A stretch of 59,045 bases of DNA from positions 1 through 59,045 of the IMG/VR virus record IMGVR_UViG_3300025151_000040, one strand, 5' to 3'. The notes under the pieces were generated by a model, which searched no databases, had not been told where the DNA came from, and saw nothing but the letters and a program-made list of their open reading frames with translations. Within the stretch, counting starts at the first letter, position 1. The number at the start of each line of letters is the position of its first letter. Source of the stretch: a virus (lineage: Duplodnaviria; Caudoviricetes). Positions 29,167-37,645 of this stretch are shown in pieces. The translations under genes were made by a program, and so were the position numbers.

Positions 29167-30191
29167 TTACAGGATTCACTGCTAAAGGAATTGGTAGTGG
29201 TGATAATAAATTAAATATCGCAACAAGTGCGAATCTACTTCCGAAAGCATTAAAGATGGTAGGACATGAAGTAATTCAAAGACCTATTATACCAGGTGAT
29301 GATGTTTCACAATACGATCATGTATTTGTATTTATGTTTCCACCGAATAGTTTACCAAGTGCTTATACTTATGGCGCAATGTATACATTAGCTAAAAGAC
29401 CAGACGCTGTTTGCTGTCTTGACGATTGGCAAACTAAAGATGTACCGTCAGGGTTTGCTACATTTGCAAGAGAAGGCCACTGGCGTTTATGGAAAACCCA
29501 TACACAATCTGGTGCGCCTATGAAAAAACGATATTACAACGAAGCACTAGAGTATAAACAAGAACTAAACGACTTGTGCACTACAATGGGATTTGAAGAA
29601 TGGCCGTATAGATGTCTTGCACCAGTGTATAGAACTGGTAATATTGAAGCATTAGGTATAAAAGCGAAAGAATTAATTGCATGGGATCCTACTCCTATTT
29701 GCGATTCCTATATGGAAACGCCTACAGATCTATTTAGTATTGATCAACAAGTTGACGTTAAAAATAAAGAAAAGAAATGGGTTTATGCTTCTCTCATTCA
29801 AAAGCCAGGTTGGTTAGAAAGAACACCTGGCGATTGGGAAGTACAAGCTTATGGTAATAAAAATTTAGGACAGGAAAGAATTAGTGAACATGAACTGTAT
29901 AAAATATATCAGAAATCATGGGGAGTATTAGTACCTCCTCACTATCACACTTTAAAGAAAAGCGGTTGGTGGAGAGTTCGTTATGGAATGATTAAAGATG
30001 CTGAATGTATTACTTGTGGAGATCCTACGGAACTATCAATCTTCTTTGAAGATAGAGTTAAACCTAGAAAAGCGATAGAATTGATGAGTGATAGTGAATT
30101 AAAAGATTATCGCAATAAACAGTTATTAGATTACGAAGACGTATTTTGGTCTAAAGAGGAATTAAAAAACTTTATAATAGATTTATTATGA
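29151..30191 (+). CDS. GT-B glycosyltransferase, T4 beta-glucosyltransferase-like (putative DNA glycosyltransferase)
   Basis: Rossmann-like start KILVTG; L...G.EV..YDHVFV....NS; DDW; C-terminal Y..SWGVL....WW.VR; context among nucleotide enzymes. Confidence 0.55.
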   Translation: MAKILVTGFTAKGIGSGDNKLNIATSANLLPKALKMVGHEVIQRPIIPGDDVSQYDHVFVFMFPPNSLPSAYTYGAMYTLAKRPDAVCCLDDWQTKDVPSGFATFAREGHWRLWKTHTQSGAPMKKRYYNEALEYKQELNDLCTTMGFEEWPYRCLAPVYRTGNIEALGIKAKELIAWDPTPICDSYMETPTDLFSIDQQVDVKNKEKKWVYASLIQKPGWLERTPGDWEVQAYGNKNLGQERISEHELYKIYQKSWGVLVPPHYHTLKKSGWWRVRYGMIKDAECITCGDPTELSIFFEDRVKPRKAIELMSDSELKDYRNKQLLDYEDVFWSKEELKNFIIDLL

Positions 30192-30739
30192 ACGGAATAT
30201 TAATTGTAGAAGGACCAGATGGTGCTGGTAAGACTACATTAATAAATCAACTTAGAGAACACTGGTTATTTAAAACTCGCTACATGCATCTGCGAGTTCA
30301 TAAAGAAATGGAAAAGTGGCACTGCGCTACTGCGAGAAGAGCCATTCGATTATCAAAAGATTATCTTGTTATCTTAGATAGACATTGGCCTAGTGAACAA
30401 ATCTATTCTTATGAACGATCACCTGGTCCAAGCTACGATCCTACGAATATGGTTGATTGGCTAAAGAGTCATGGTGCAATCTATATATGGGCTATACCAG
30501 AAGATTATCAAAGGTTGATTGAAGAACATAAAACTAGAAGAGAAGAAAGACATGAAGAGTACCACGATATAACGAAAGTTGTTAAAAGATATTACGATCA
30601 TTGGTACGGTACTTATGAAGGGCCAGATAATTATTTAAAGAAGATACAACCATTAAATAAAAGAAATGACTTCATACGATACGATCGGTTTACTGATAAA
30701 GATATCTTAGATAAAATAATAGATAGATTAAGACCATAG
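30188..30739 (+). CDS. P-loop dNMP kinase (thymidylate kinase-like)
   Basis: IVEGPDGAGKTT; LDR..PSE..Y. Confidence 0.85.
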   Translation: MNGILIVEGPDGAGKTTLINQLREHWLFKTRYMHLRVHKEMEKWHCATARRAIRLSKDYLVILDRHWPSEQIYSYERSPGPSYDPTNMVDWLKSHGAIYIWAIPEDYQRLIEEHKTRREERHEEYHDITKVVKRYYDHWYGTYEGPDNYLKKIQPLNKRNDFIRYDRFTDKDILDKIIDRLRP

Positions 30740-30752
30740 AAAGGAGAACTTA

Positions 30753-31538
30753 ATGCCTATGAATCATGCTAATGAAGTCTACCGTAATCTAATTGATGAA
30801 GTAGTAGACAGAGGATACGGAGCAGATCCTCGTGGTATGTTTACGAAAGAAATTATAGGACACACGACTAGATGTTCTATGAGTTCACCTATCGTTACGA
30901 TACCAGAAAGAGAACTCGGATATAAATTCATGTTCGCTGAAGCACACTGGATACTCTCTGGCGATAACCGAGTATCAACAATTAAACCTTACTCGAAAGC
31001 TATTAAAAGATTTAGTGATGACGGAGTATTTTATTTCGGAGCCTACGGTCCTAAGATCGTAGATCAACTACCTTATATATGTAAAGCTTTAAATGACGAT
31101 TTAACGACACGTCAAGCTTGTATTAATATATGGAGAGAGAAACCACCAGTATCGAGAGATATACCTTGCACGTTATCTTTACAATTTCTAATTCGAAGAG
31201 ATACCTTATATGTTATATCTAATATGAGAAGTAATGACGTATGGCTCGGTTGGCCTTACGATAACTTTAATTTTAGTATGATCGGTTTATCTGTCTGTCT
31301 CCTAATGAGACAAATGCATAATAAGAAACTTAAACTAGGAATGCTTATTAATAATGCTGGTAGTAGACATCTTTACAAGGAGAACTTCGAAAAAGCTTAT
31401 AAAGTTGCCGATTCAACAGCTTTAGGTTTTGGCTATGAAACTATTACGCCTGAAAGATTTAGTAGTTTTGAGGACTTAAAAAACGAATTAAAAGTATACA
31501 AGGATAACCCAAGTGAATTCCTCTTCGCACACACTTAG
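30753..31538 (+). CDS. thymidylate synthase-family enzyme, probably dCMP (hydroxy)methylase type
   Basis: YGP, TRQA, DIPC (catalytic Cys), MRSNDVWLGWPYD, HLY. Confidence 0.85.
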   Translation: MPMNHANEVYRNLIDEVVDRGYGADPRGMFTKEIIGHTTRCSMSSPIVTIPERELGYKFMFAEAHWILSGDNRVSTIKPYSKAIKRFSDDGVFYFGAYGPKIVDQLPYICKALNDDLTTRQACINIWREKPPVSRDIPCTLSLQFLIRRDTLYVISNMRSNDVWLGWPYDNFNFSMIGLSVCLLMRQMHNKKLKLGMLINNAGSRHLYKENFEKAYKVADSTALGFGYETITPERFSSFEDLKNELKVYKDNPSEFLFAHT

Positions 31539-31983
31539 ACCTAGTAAAGACGAATACTTTATGGACATGTGCTTTCTTGTATCTCAACGTAGCACGTGCA
31601 TGAGAAGGCAAGTAGGAGCTGTTTTAGTTAATAAGAGAAAACATGTTCTTGCTACAGGATATAACGGTGTAGCTGCAGGTCAACCTCATTGTTTAGATAT
31701 ACCTTGTATCGGTGCAAAATCTGTTAGTGGTACAGATTTAGAATTATGCGAAGCTGTTCATGCAGAACAAAATGCTCTACTTCAGTGTCAAAATGTGTTT
31801 GAAATAGATACATGTTACGTTACAGTATCTCCTTGTATGACGTGTACTAAGTTATTATTAAACACAAGTTGCCAAACGATAATCTATGCTGAAGATTACG
31901 TTGATCAGAATGCAAGAAAGTTATGGGAACGACACGATAGAAAGTGGGTAAGATTTGACGACGGATCTTTTCAAACCCACTAG
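31513..31983 (+). CDS. dCMP deaminase
   Basis: STC.RRQVGA, TGYNG, HAEQNA, SPC..C zinc motif. Confidence 0.92.
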   Translation: MNSSSHTLRPSKDEYFMDMCFLVSQRSTCMRRQVGAVLVNKRKHVLATGYNGVAAGQPHCLDIPCIGAKSVSGTDLELCEAVHAEQNALLQCQNVFEIDTCYVTVSPCMTCTKLLLNTSCQTIIYAEDYVDQNARKLWERHDRKWVRFDDGSFQTH

Positions 31984-33820
31984 CGATTGGACTCCACCTA
32001 CAGTATTACCAGATCTTTCTTCTTCGAAGATTATCGGTATTGACTTAGAAACATTCGACCCTGGTTTAAAAAAACATGGACCTGGAAGCATCAGGAAAGA
32101 TGGACATGTTTCTGGTATTAGTATAGCAGGAGATAATTACAAGGGTTACTATCTTCCTATCGCACATCAAGACGGTGGTAATCTTCCTAAACCTTTAGTT
32201 ATAAATTATTTAAAAGAATTGTTTTCTACAGATACTCCTAAAGTATTTGCTAATGCTCTCTACGATTTAGAATGGTTGCATAATTTAGGAATAAAAGTAA
32301 ATGGTAAATGCTATGACGTTCAATTACTAGAACATCTTATTGATGAGAATCAAAAAGATTATTCTCTAAAAGCATTAGGTCTAAAGTATGTTGGTGAGGG
32401 TAAAGATGAAACTTTATTAGTTGACGCCGTTAGATCAATCTTAGGAAAGAAAGATGTAAAAGGAAACTTATGGCGACTTCACAGTAGCTATGTTGGACCG
32501 TATGCTGAACAAGATGCTATCTTACCTGTAAAGATATTAAAAGAACAATGGAAGAAAATAAAAAAACAAGAATTAAATCGTATTGTACAATTAGAAACTG
32601 ATCTTACTCCTTTACTGCTAGATATGAGAGTACAAGGAGTTAATGTTGACTTAGATAATGCGGATCAAGTATCTAAAAGATTAGAAAGACAAGAACATGA
32701 AGCTCAAGATATTTTAAACAAGAAGTCAGGAATTGACTGTAACGTATGGGCAAATGAAAGTTTAGGAAGAGCATACGATAACTGCAGTATTCCTTATGGT
32801 AGAACTCCTACAGGGAAACCTAGCTTTACTCAAAGCTTTCTTGACTATGCTGAAGATGAATTATCAAGTTTAGTTTTAAAGGTAAGAAAACTAAACAAAC
32901 TAAGAACTACTTTTATTCACGGCATGATATTAGAAAAGCACGTAAACGGAAGAGTACATTGTCAATTTAATGCGAGAGGTGCTGTTACGGGTAGATTTAG
33001 TTCTAGTAACCCTAATCTTCAACAAGTACCTGCTCGTGATGAAGAACTGTCTAAATTAATACGAGGCCTCTTCTTGCCTGAAGAAAATGAAAAATGGTAT
33101 TGTATTGATTACGCACAACAAGAACCTAGACTTCTAGTTCATTTTGCTTCACGACTAAAATTACCAGAAAGTGTTACTGCTTTATCAGCTTATAAGAATG
33201 ATGAGACAACTGACTTTCATACGATGGTCGCTTCTATGGCAGGAATAAAAAGAAAACAAGCTAAGACGATTAACTTAGGTTTGTTTTATGGTATGGGTAA
33301 AAAGAAATTAGCCAATCAATTAGGATTAGAAACTAACGATGCTGAGAAATTATTTCGTCAGTACCATACTCGTGTTCCTTTCGTAAGAGGTCTTTACGAT
33401 AGAATGTTGAACTATGCGTCAAAGAACGGATACATAAAAACTTTACTTGGTCGTAAAAGACATTTCGATCTATGGGAAAATGCTAACGACTTCGGAAGCA
33501 TGGGTCATCCGTTAGAGAAAGCAAAAGAGATTTATAAAGGAAAACCTATTAGACGTGCATATACACATAAAGCACTTAATTCTTTAATACAAGGAAGTGC
33601 GGCTGACGTAACGAAAGCTGCAATGTTAAAAGTATACAAAGCAGGGTTATTGACTCCTCTCATTACAGTTCATGATGAACTTGACTTCTCTATTCCACAA
33701 GACGATAAGGGAAAAGAACAATTAAAAGAGATAGTGCATGAAATGAAAAACTGTGTTGACTTAGATCTTCCTCTTCAGGTTGACGTAGAATCTGGTAGTA
33801 ATTGGGGTAACATTGAGTGA
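31955..33820 (+). CDS. polA: family A DNA polymerase with 3'-5' exonuclease domain
   Basis: IDLET, TGRFSSSNPNLQ, DYAQQEPR, AKTINLGLFYG, IQGSAAD, VHDE. Confidence 0.95.
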   Translation: MTTDLFKPTSDWTPPTVLPDLSSSKIIGIDLETFDPGLKKHGPGSIRKDGHVSGISIAGDNYKGYYLPIAHQDGGNLPKPLVINYLKELFSTDTPKVFANALYDLEWLHNLGIKVNGKCYDVQLLEHLIDENQKDYSLKALGLKYVGEGKDETLLVDAVRSILGKKDVKGNLWRLHSSYVGPYAEQDAILPVKILKEQWKKIKKQELNRIVQLETDLTPLLLDMRVQGVNVDLDNADQVSKRLERQEHEAQDILNKKSGIDCNVWANESLGRAYDNCSIPYGRTPTGKPSFTQSFLDYAEDELSSLVLKVRKLNKLRTTFIHGMILEKHVNGRVHCQFNARGAVTGRFSSSNPNLQQVPARDEELSKLIRGLFLPEENEKWYCIDYAQQEPRLLVHFASRLKLPESVTALSAYKNDETTDFHTMVASMAGIKRKQAKTINLGLFYGMGKKKLANQLGLETNDAEKLFRQYHTRVPFVRGLYDRMLNYASKNGYIKTLLGRKRHFDLWENANDFGSMGHPLEKAKEIYKGKPIRRAYTHKALNSLIQGSAADVTKAAMLKVYKAGLLTPLITVHDELDFSIPQDDKGKEQLKEIVHEMKNCVDLDLPLQVDVESGSNWGNIE

Positions 33821-34214
33821 AGCTAATCTATGGACTCTTGCTCGTAAGCATCTTAATGATTTCTTTCTACAGCGCATTGAAACTGCCATTGAACGAGGAA
33901 TCCCTGATCTATTTTACTGTTCCCCTACTGGCGTTTCCGGTTGGATAGAAGGTAAATATGCTGATAAACCAGTTAAAGAAACATCTAAAGTTAGACTAAA
34001 GATATCTGTTGAGCAAATCGCTTGGCATCGATCATTTTCTCGATATAAAGGGCGTGTATATATCTTAGCTAAAGTCAGTAAGGAAATATATTTATACCGG
34101 CCAGAAATGGCTGAAAAGCTGATTTCTGGCGTTATTTATACCGATTTAAAGGAATTATCTATCGCATCTGATTGGAAATCAATAAAAAAGGCCCTCTCCG
34201 AAGAGAAGGCCTAA
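33813..34214 (+). CDS. PD-(D/E)xK nuclease (VRR-NUC/Holliday junction resolvase-like)
   Basis: SE..RIE...GIPD..WIEGK..Q..W. Confidence 0.75.
   Translation: MSEANLWTLARKHLNDFFLQRIETAIERGIPDLFYCSPTGVSGWIEGKYADKPVKETSKVRLKISVEQIAWHRSFSRYKGRVYILAKVSKEIYLYRPEMAEKLISGVIYTDLKELSIASDWKSIKKALSEEKA
34184..34212 (-). terminator. intrinsic terminator on minus strand
   Basis: Minus strand GGCCUUCUC-UUCG-GAGAGGGCC-UUUUUU; C(UUCG)G loop; one pair is G-U only in the minus orientation. Confidence 0.85.
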
Positions 34215-34270
34215 AAGGAGTACTCACATCTTATTGTTATAATCTAGGAGGACTATATGAACAAGAATAA
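34184..34270 (-). ncRNA. candidate anti-Shine-Dalgarno sRNA (~85 nt)
   Basis: Minus-strand terminator with no adjacent minus-strand CDS; TACAAT -10 at 34281-34276; contains CAUAUAGUCCUCCU and GUACUCCUUUU. Confidence 0.5.
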
Positions 34271-34356
34271 ACTTTATTGTACTTATAATTAAAATAATTG
34301 CGACAAAATTCTTTCAATCGTATATAATAAATTTAATATAAAGAAAGGAGAATCAA

Positions 34357-35121
34357 ATGGCCGACATTGAAGCTATTAAAAAGAAGATCGCAAAACTACT
34401 TGCGATGGCTAACGATTCAGGTGCTTCCGAAGCTGAAGCGCAGATGGCTTTTGAAAAAGCACAGGAATATCTTGCGGAATATAATTTAAACGCAGAAGAT
34501 GTTACTAACGATTTAGAACATGAAGATATTACTGACGAAGCTTTTACAGAGCAAGTAAGAGAGAACTGGCAGATTAGTTTACGAACTGCTACTGCTCGTC
34601 TTTACTTTTGTAAATACTATTACTCAACAGGAGTGCTAGATGAGAACTACAAGAAAGCTACGGAACATAACTACGTTGGTAGACCTCATAATATAGCGGT
34701 TGCGAAATCGATGGTATCGTATCTTATTAATACAATAAAGAAACTAGGAGAAGAACACGTAGCACCTATACCTGGCGATAAACGTACACTTAACGGTATT
34801 CGAAGAAACTTCGAATTAGGTTGCGCTTCTAAAGTTACAGCAAGGGTAAACGAAAGATACCGAGAGATAGAGCAACAAGATCCAGGGCACTATCAAATCG
34901 CAGGAGAGAAAAGTAATCTTCCTGCTCTTTATAAATCAGAGTTAGCTTTATGCCAAGATCATTTAAAGAATCAAGGTATTCATCTTACCACTTCGAAATC
35001 AAGACGTAACGTTACGAATGGTATGGCTTATTCACGAGGTAGAACAGCTGGTGAAAAAGTATCGATAAATACACAAATATCTGGTAAATCAGCTAGTCGA
35101 TATATGTTAGGAAATGGCTAG
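34357..35121 (+). CDS. DUF2786-like domain protein
   Basis: KKIAKLLAMA....EAEA..A..KA..L...YN. Confidence 0.75.
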   Translation: MADIEAIKKKIAKLLAMANDSGASEAEAQMAFEKAQEYLAEYNLNAEDVTNDLEHEDITDEAFTEQVRENWQISLRTATARLYFCKYYYSTGVLDENYKKATEHNYVGRPHNIAVAKSMVSYLINTIKKLGEEHVAPIPGDKRTLNGIRRNFELGCASKVTARVNERYREIEQQDPGHYQIAGEKSNLPALYKSELALCQDHLKNQGIHLTTSKSRRNVTNGMAYSRGRTAGEKVSINTQISGKSASRYMLGNG

Positions 35122-35392
35122 AAAATACAAAGACTTCGATTTAACAAAATGTGATCTCGTTCATGTTACCTGGTTAGATGCTTTCGATGCATTAGGAACC
35201 GGGTGGCATGAATGGGAGGATATCGAAAAAAAAGCGGTACTAGCAAAGTGTAATAGTGTAGGATATTTGTTTAAGGAAGATGACGAAAAGATCGTGCTTG
35301 TCGCCGATGAAACTGGCGAGTTCGGAAGTAGGATCACGGTCATCCCTAAAAGCTGGCAAATTGATATTAAATATTTGAAGAAACCGAAATGA
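35114..35392 (+). CDS. phage hypothetical protein
   Basis: V.W.DA....W..C.SVGYL..IPK motif. Confidence 0.7.
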   Translation: MARKYKDFDLTKCDLVHVTWLDAFDALGTGWHEWEDIEKKAVLAKCNSVGYLFKEDDEKIVLVADETGEFGSRITVIPKSWQIDIKYLKKPK

Positions 35393-35616
35393 GAACTGTT
35401 TATCCATATCTGGTAAAACTTTACTATGTTAAAAGTGGTGAACTAAAAAGCATAGAGTTTCAAGAATATGACGACCTAGAGTATTCTAATATCGGTCGTA
35501 TTGTTCAACGCATGGAAGATAAGCTAGGTGTTGATACAGTTAAAAACATATTAGTAAAGCCTGATATTTCTAATATTACAATTACAGGTTATCAAACTCC
35601 TCTCACTATTCATTAG
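35389..35616 (+). CDS. hypothetical protein
   Basis: ATGA-coupled ORF. Confidence 0.6.
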   Translation: MRTVYPYLVKLYYVKSGELKSIEFQEYDDLEYSNIGRIVQRMEDKLGVDTVKNILVKPDISNITITGYQTPLTIH

Positions 35617-35619
35617 CGG

Positions 35620-35648
35620 TTTATACTGTTTCGATTCGTATTTATAAT
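35620..35648 (+). promoter_or_regulatory. sigma70-like promoter
   Basis: TTTATA-N17-TATAAT. Confidence 0.6.
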
Positions 35649-35671
35649 CTATTATAAGAAAGGAAAACATT

Positions 35672-35950
35672 ATGAAAATACGATATGCCCATAGAACTCT
35701 TTTAGAGTTTATTAACCAGTGGTCCTTGCAGCATCACGATCACGGCTATAACGAAAAGTGTTTTAAAGATCTAGAATTAGACATGAACTTCCCTGTAAAA
35801 GAAGTTAAAGATGTTAAGAATAATAATAAGGTAAAGTATGTTACATTTCTTCTTGACGATGAAGGAAAGCATGCTCATTTTTATATGAGAGTCAAAGATT
35901 TCGATGCTCTTCCTATATTCGATACAGGAGAAAGTATTACACTTCACTAA
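35672..35950 (+). CDS. hypothetical protein
   Basis: AGAAAGGA RBS. Confidence 0.65.
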   Translation: MKIRYAHRTLLEFINQWSLQHHDHGYNEKCFKDLELDMNFPVKEVKDVKNNNKVKYVTFLLDDEGKHAHFYMRVKDFDALPIFDTGESITLH

Positions 35951-35953
35951 TTA

Positions 35954-36157
35954 ATGAAATGGTTTTTAGTAGGCTGGATCTGTTTAGGAGCAGGGGTTGA
36001 TCAGAAATGTGTGCGTATGGGATCTGAAGTTATCCATGAGTCATATAATGAATGTAATGAATACTTTAAGGTAATCAGAGAAGATTTTTCTGATGTAGAA
36101 AACCTTGAATGGAGATTCAGTTGCGTTGAAGCAGGGTTGATTGAAGATGCTTTATAA
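35954..36157 (+). CDS. small exported Cys protein
   Basis: Hydrophobic N-terminus; 4 Cys. Confidence 0.6.
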   Translation: MKWFLVGWICLGAGVDQKCVRMGSEVIHESYNECNEYFKVIREDFSDVENLEWRFSCVEAGLIEDAL

Positions 36158-36319
36158 AGTTCTTCTTACATAATTAGGAAGAGTGCCATCTTCCTTGTAT
36201 TGATGATAGGCAGCAATCCAATCTTTTTTATATTCAGCTTGTAAGAATTGTTTTAACGCACTATCAACAGTAGGCTCCATAACGAAATAACCACTAATTA
36301 TTTTTAAAAATTTTATCAT
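36152..36319 (-). CDS. 55-aa protein (not in ORF track)
   Basis: MIKFLKIISGYFVMEPTVDSALKQFLQAEYKKDWIAAYHQYKEDGTLPNYVRRTL; fills the gap, stop converges with the upstream gene. Confidence 0.65.
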   Translation of the reverse strand: MIKFLKIISGYFVMEPTVDSALKQFLQAEYKKDWIAAYHQYKEDGTLPNYVRRTL

Positions 36320-36487
36320 GTTGACTTTATACTTTTGTTTATTTAAAAAGATTAGTGTTTATTTTGCACAACTGACATGATAAAAAATAATCGGCGGCAT
36401 TTAATAAAAATAAATCCGTGTATATATAGCAAAAAATCACTAGTCGTCTATCCTCGATTAGTTTGTGCCGCCACTTAAATATTCTTG

Positions 36488-36516
36488 TTTAAACTGTTCT
36501 AAAATTTATTTATTAT
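36488..36516 (+). promoter_or_regulatory. sigma70-like promoter
   Basis: TG-TTTAAA-N17-TATTAT, then AAGGAGAAAG RBS. Confidence 0.6.
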
Positions 36517-36540
36517 AAAGAAATAAGGAGAAAGACACAT

Positions 36541-36855
36541 ATGACTAAAAAAGCAGTGTACGTTGTTCATAGCAACGATCAAGAACTTCCTAAAGCTATT
36601 GGCGATAAGAAGCCAGATCTTAAGGAACTTCAAGAACACGTCGGCGGTTATATTCAAATATTACCAGGTCGACTTAACGGTAGATCTTGTTCTATCGTTA
36701 TTAATGAAGAGGGTAAAATCTACGGAATGCCTCCTAATAAACTTGCTACGGAATATTGGCACGAGTATTACAAGTGGAAATTCAAGGCGAAAGCTGAGGA
36801 TCTCATAGACGTAATAGCTGGCCCTGCTGTTATACTAGAGGGTTACCGTTTATGA
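36541..36855 (+). CDS. DUF3846-like protein
   Basis: L.ELQ..VGGYI..NEEGK....PN..AT..IAGPAV. Confidence 0.75.
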   Translation: MTKKAVYVVHSNDQELPKAIGDKKPDLKELQEHVGGYIQILPGRLNGRSCSIVINEEGKIYGMPPNKLATEYWHEYYKWKFKAKAEDLIDVIAGPAVILEGYRL

Positions 36856-37169
36856 ACGGCCAATACAAAGCTTTAGATACGGTTCGAGATTACTTGAGCC
36901 GTATTCTTCATAGTGATAGGCCAGATAATATGGATCTACTAATGTTCGATGACGAAGTTGTTATCGGTTATTCTCAGGCTGAAGGCTACTACTATTTTCG
37001 TTGTTATGAAGATACGAAATGGGGTGGCTCAGAATCTGTTCGAGGGTGGCTCGATGATATTAAAGATCAAACTATTATTAAAAGGTTTAACGATCTCATG
37101 GCTCATTACGACTATCAAGGATTTGAGATCCTTGAGGAATTATACGGAGTGTTTTATGGCGACAAATGA
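36852..37169 (+). CDS. hypothetical protein
   Basis: ATGA-coupled ORF. Confidence 0.6.
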   Translation: MNGQYKALDTVRDYLSRILHSDRPDNMDLLMFDDEVVIGYSQAEGYYYFRCYEDTKWGGSESVRGWLDDIKDQTIIKRFNDLMAHYDYQGFEILEELYGVFYGDK

Positions 37170-37431
37170 TAAAGACTATATGGCCAGTTATATGCGTGGC
37201 TATATGAGAAACAAGAAGGTATATTACCTGAATGACATCACGAGTGCTTGTATGGAAAAGATTTTATACCATTGGCAGCGCCGTGCGGAAAAAGAAGGGA
37301 TAGTAGGAAAGATTACAAAAAACTTAATCTTAAACCATATTGTCCAAGACTATATGAAGAAATCGGTTCCTAATGGTAAGGAATTTCTTTATAATAAAAT
37401 AAAGGAGAAAGATAATGCAACAGAAAGTTAA
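37156..37431 (+). CDS. hypothetical protein (likely start ATG 37156)
   Basis: GGAG before 37156; YM..YMR.YMR motif. Confidence 0.55.
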   Translation: MATNDKDYMASYMRGYMRNKKVYYLNDITSACMEKILYHWQRRAEKEGIVGKITKNLILNHIVQDYMKKSVPNGKEFLYNKIKEKDNATES

Positions 37432-37645
37432 GACTATACATCGTGTAGAAAGTATTAGCACATCTTCTATAGAGAATCAATTAGAGGGTATCTTTCGTGC
37501 TCATGTTAATATGTGTAATGAGATATCAACTTTAAGAAAATGTCTTAATTCAATTATGGGTAAGATTTTAATTGAAAAGGAGGTAGAGATTGTCAACGAT
37601 AAAACGAATACACATCAATCAGTCGATCCTTCGCCGAAATCATAA
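37415..37645 (+). CDS. hypothetical protein
   Basis: AAAGGAGAAAG RBS. Confidence 0.6.
   Translation: MQQKVKTIHRVESISTSSIENQLEGIFRAHVNMCNEISTLRKCLNSIMGKILIEKEVEIVNDKTNTHQSVDPSPKS

Noticed and set aside
24597-33820. Known pathways: TET/JBP oxidation, 7-deazaguanine (Que/Dpd), 2-aminoadenine (PurZ), aGPT-type thymidine hypermodification
   Set aside because: No recognisable 2OG-Fe oxygenase, FolE/QueCDE/DpdA, PurZ or aGPT-Pplase motifs
34257-34292. Plus-strand AGGAGG-ATG mini-ORF MNKNKLYCTYN, considered as a type I toxin
   Set aside because: Only 11 aa and not hydrophobic; better read as the complement of the sRNA seed, though a leader peptide is not excluded
36393-36472. tRNA
   Set aside because: The size fits but there is no cloverleaf, T-loop GTTC or D-loop pattern; no tRNA was recognised anywhere in the window
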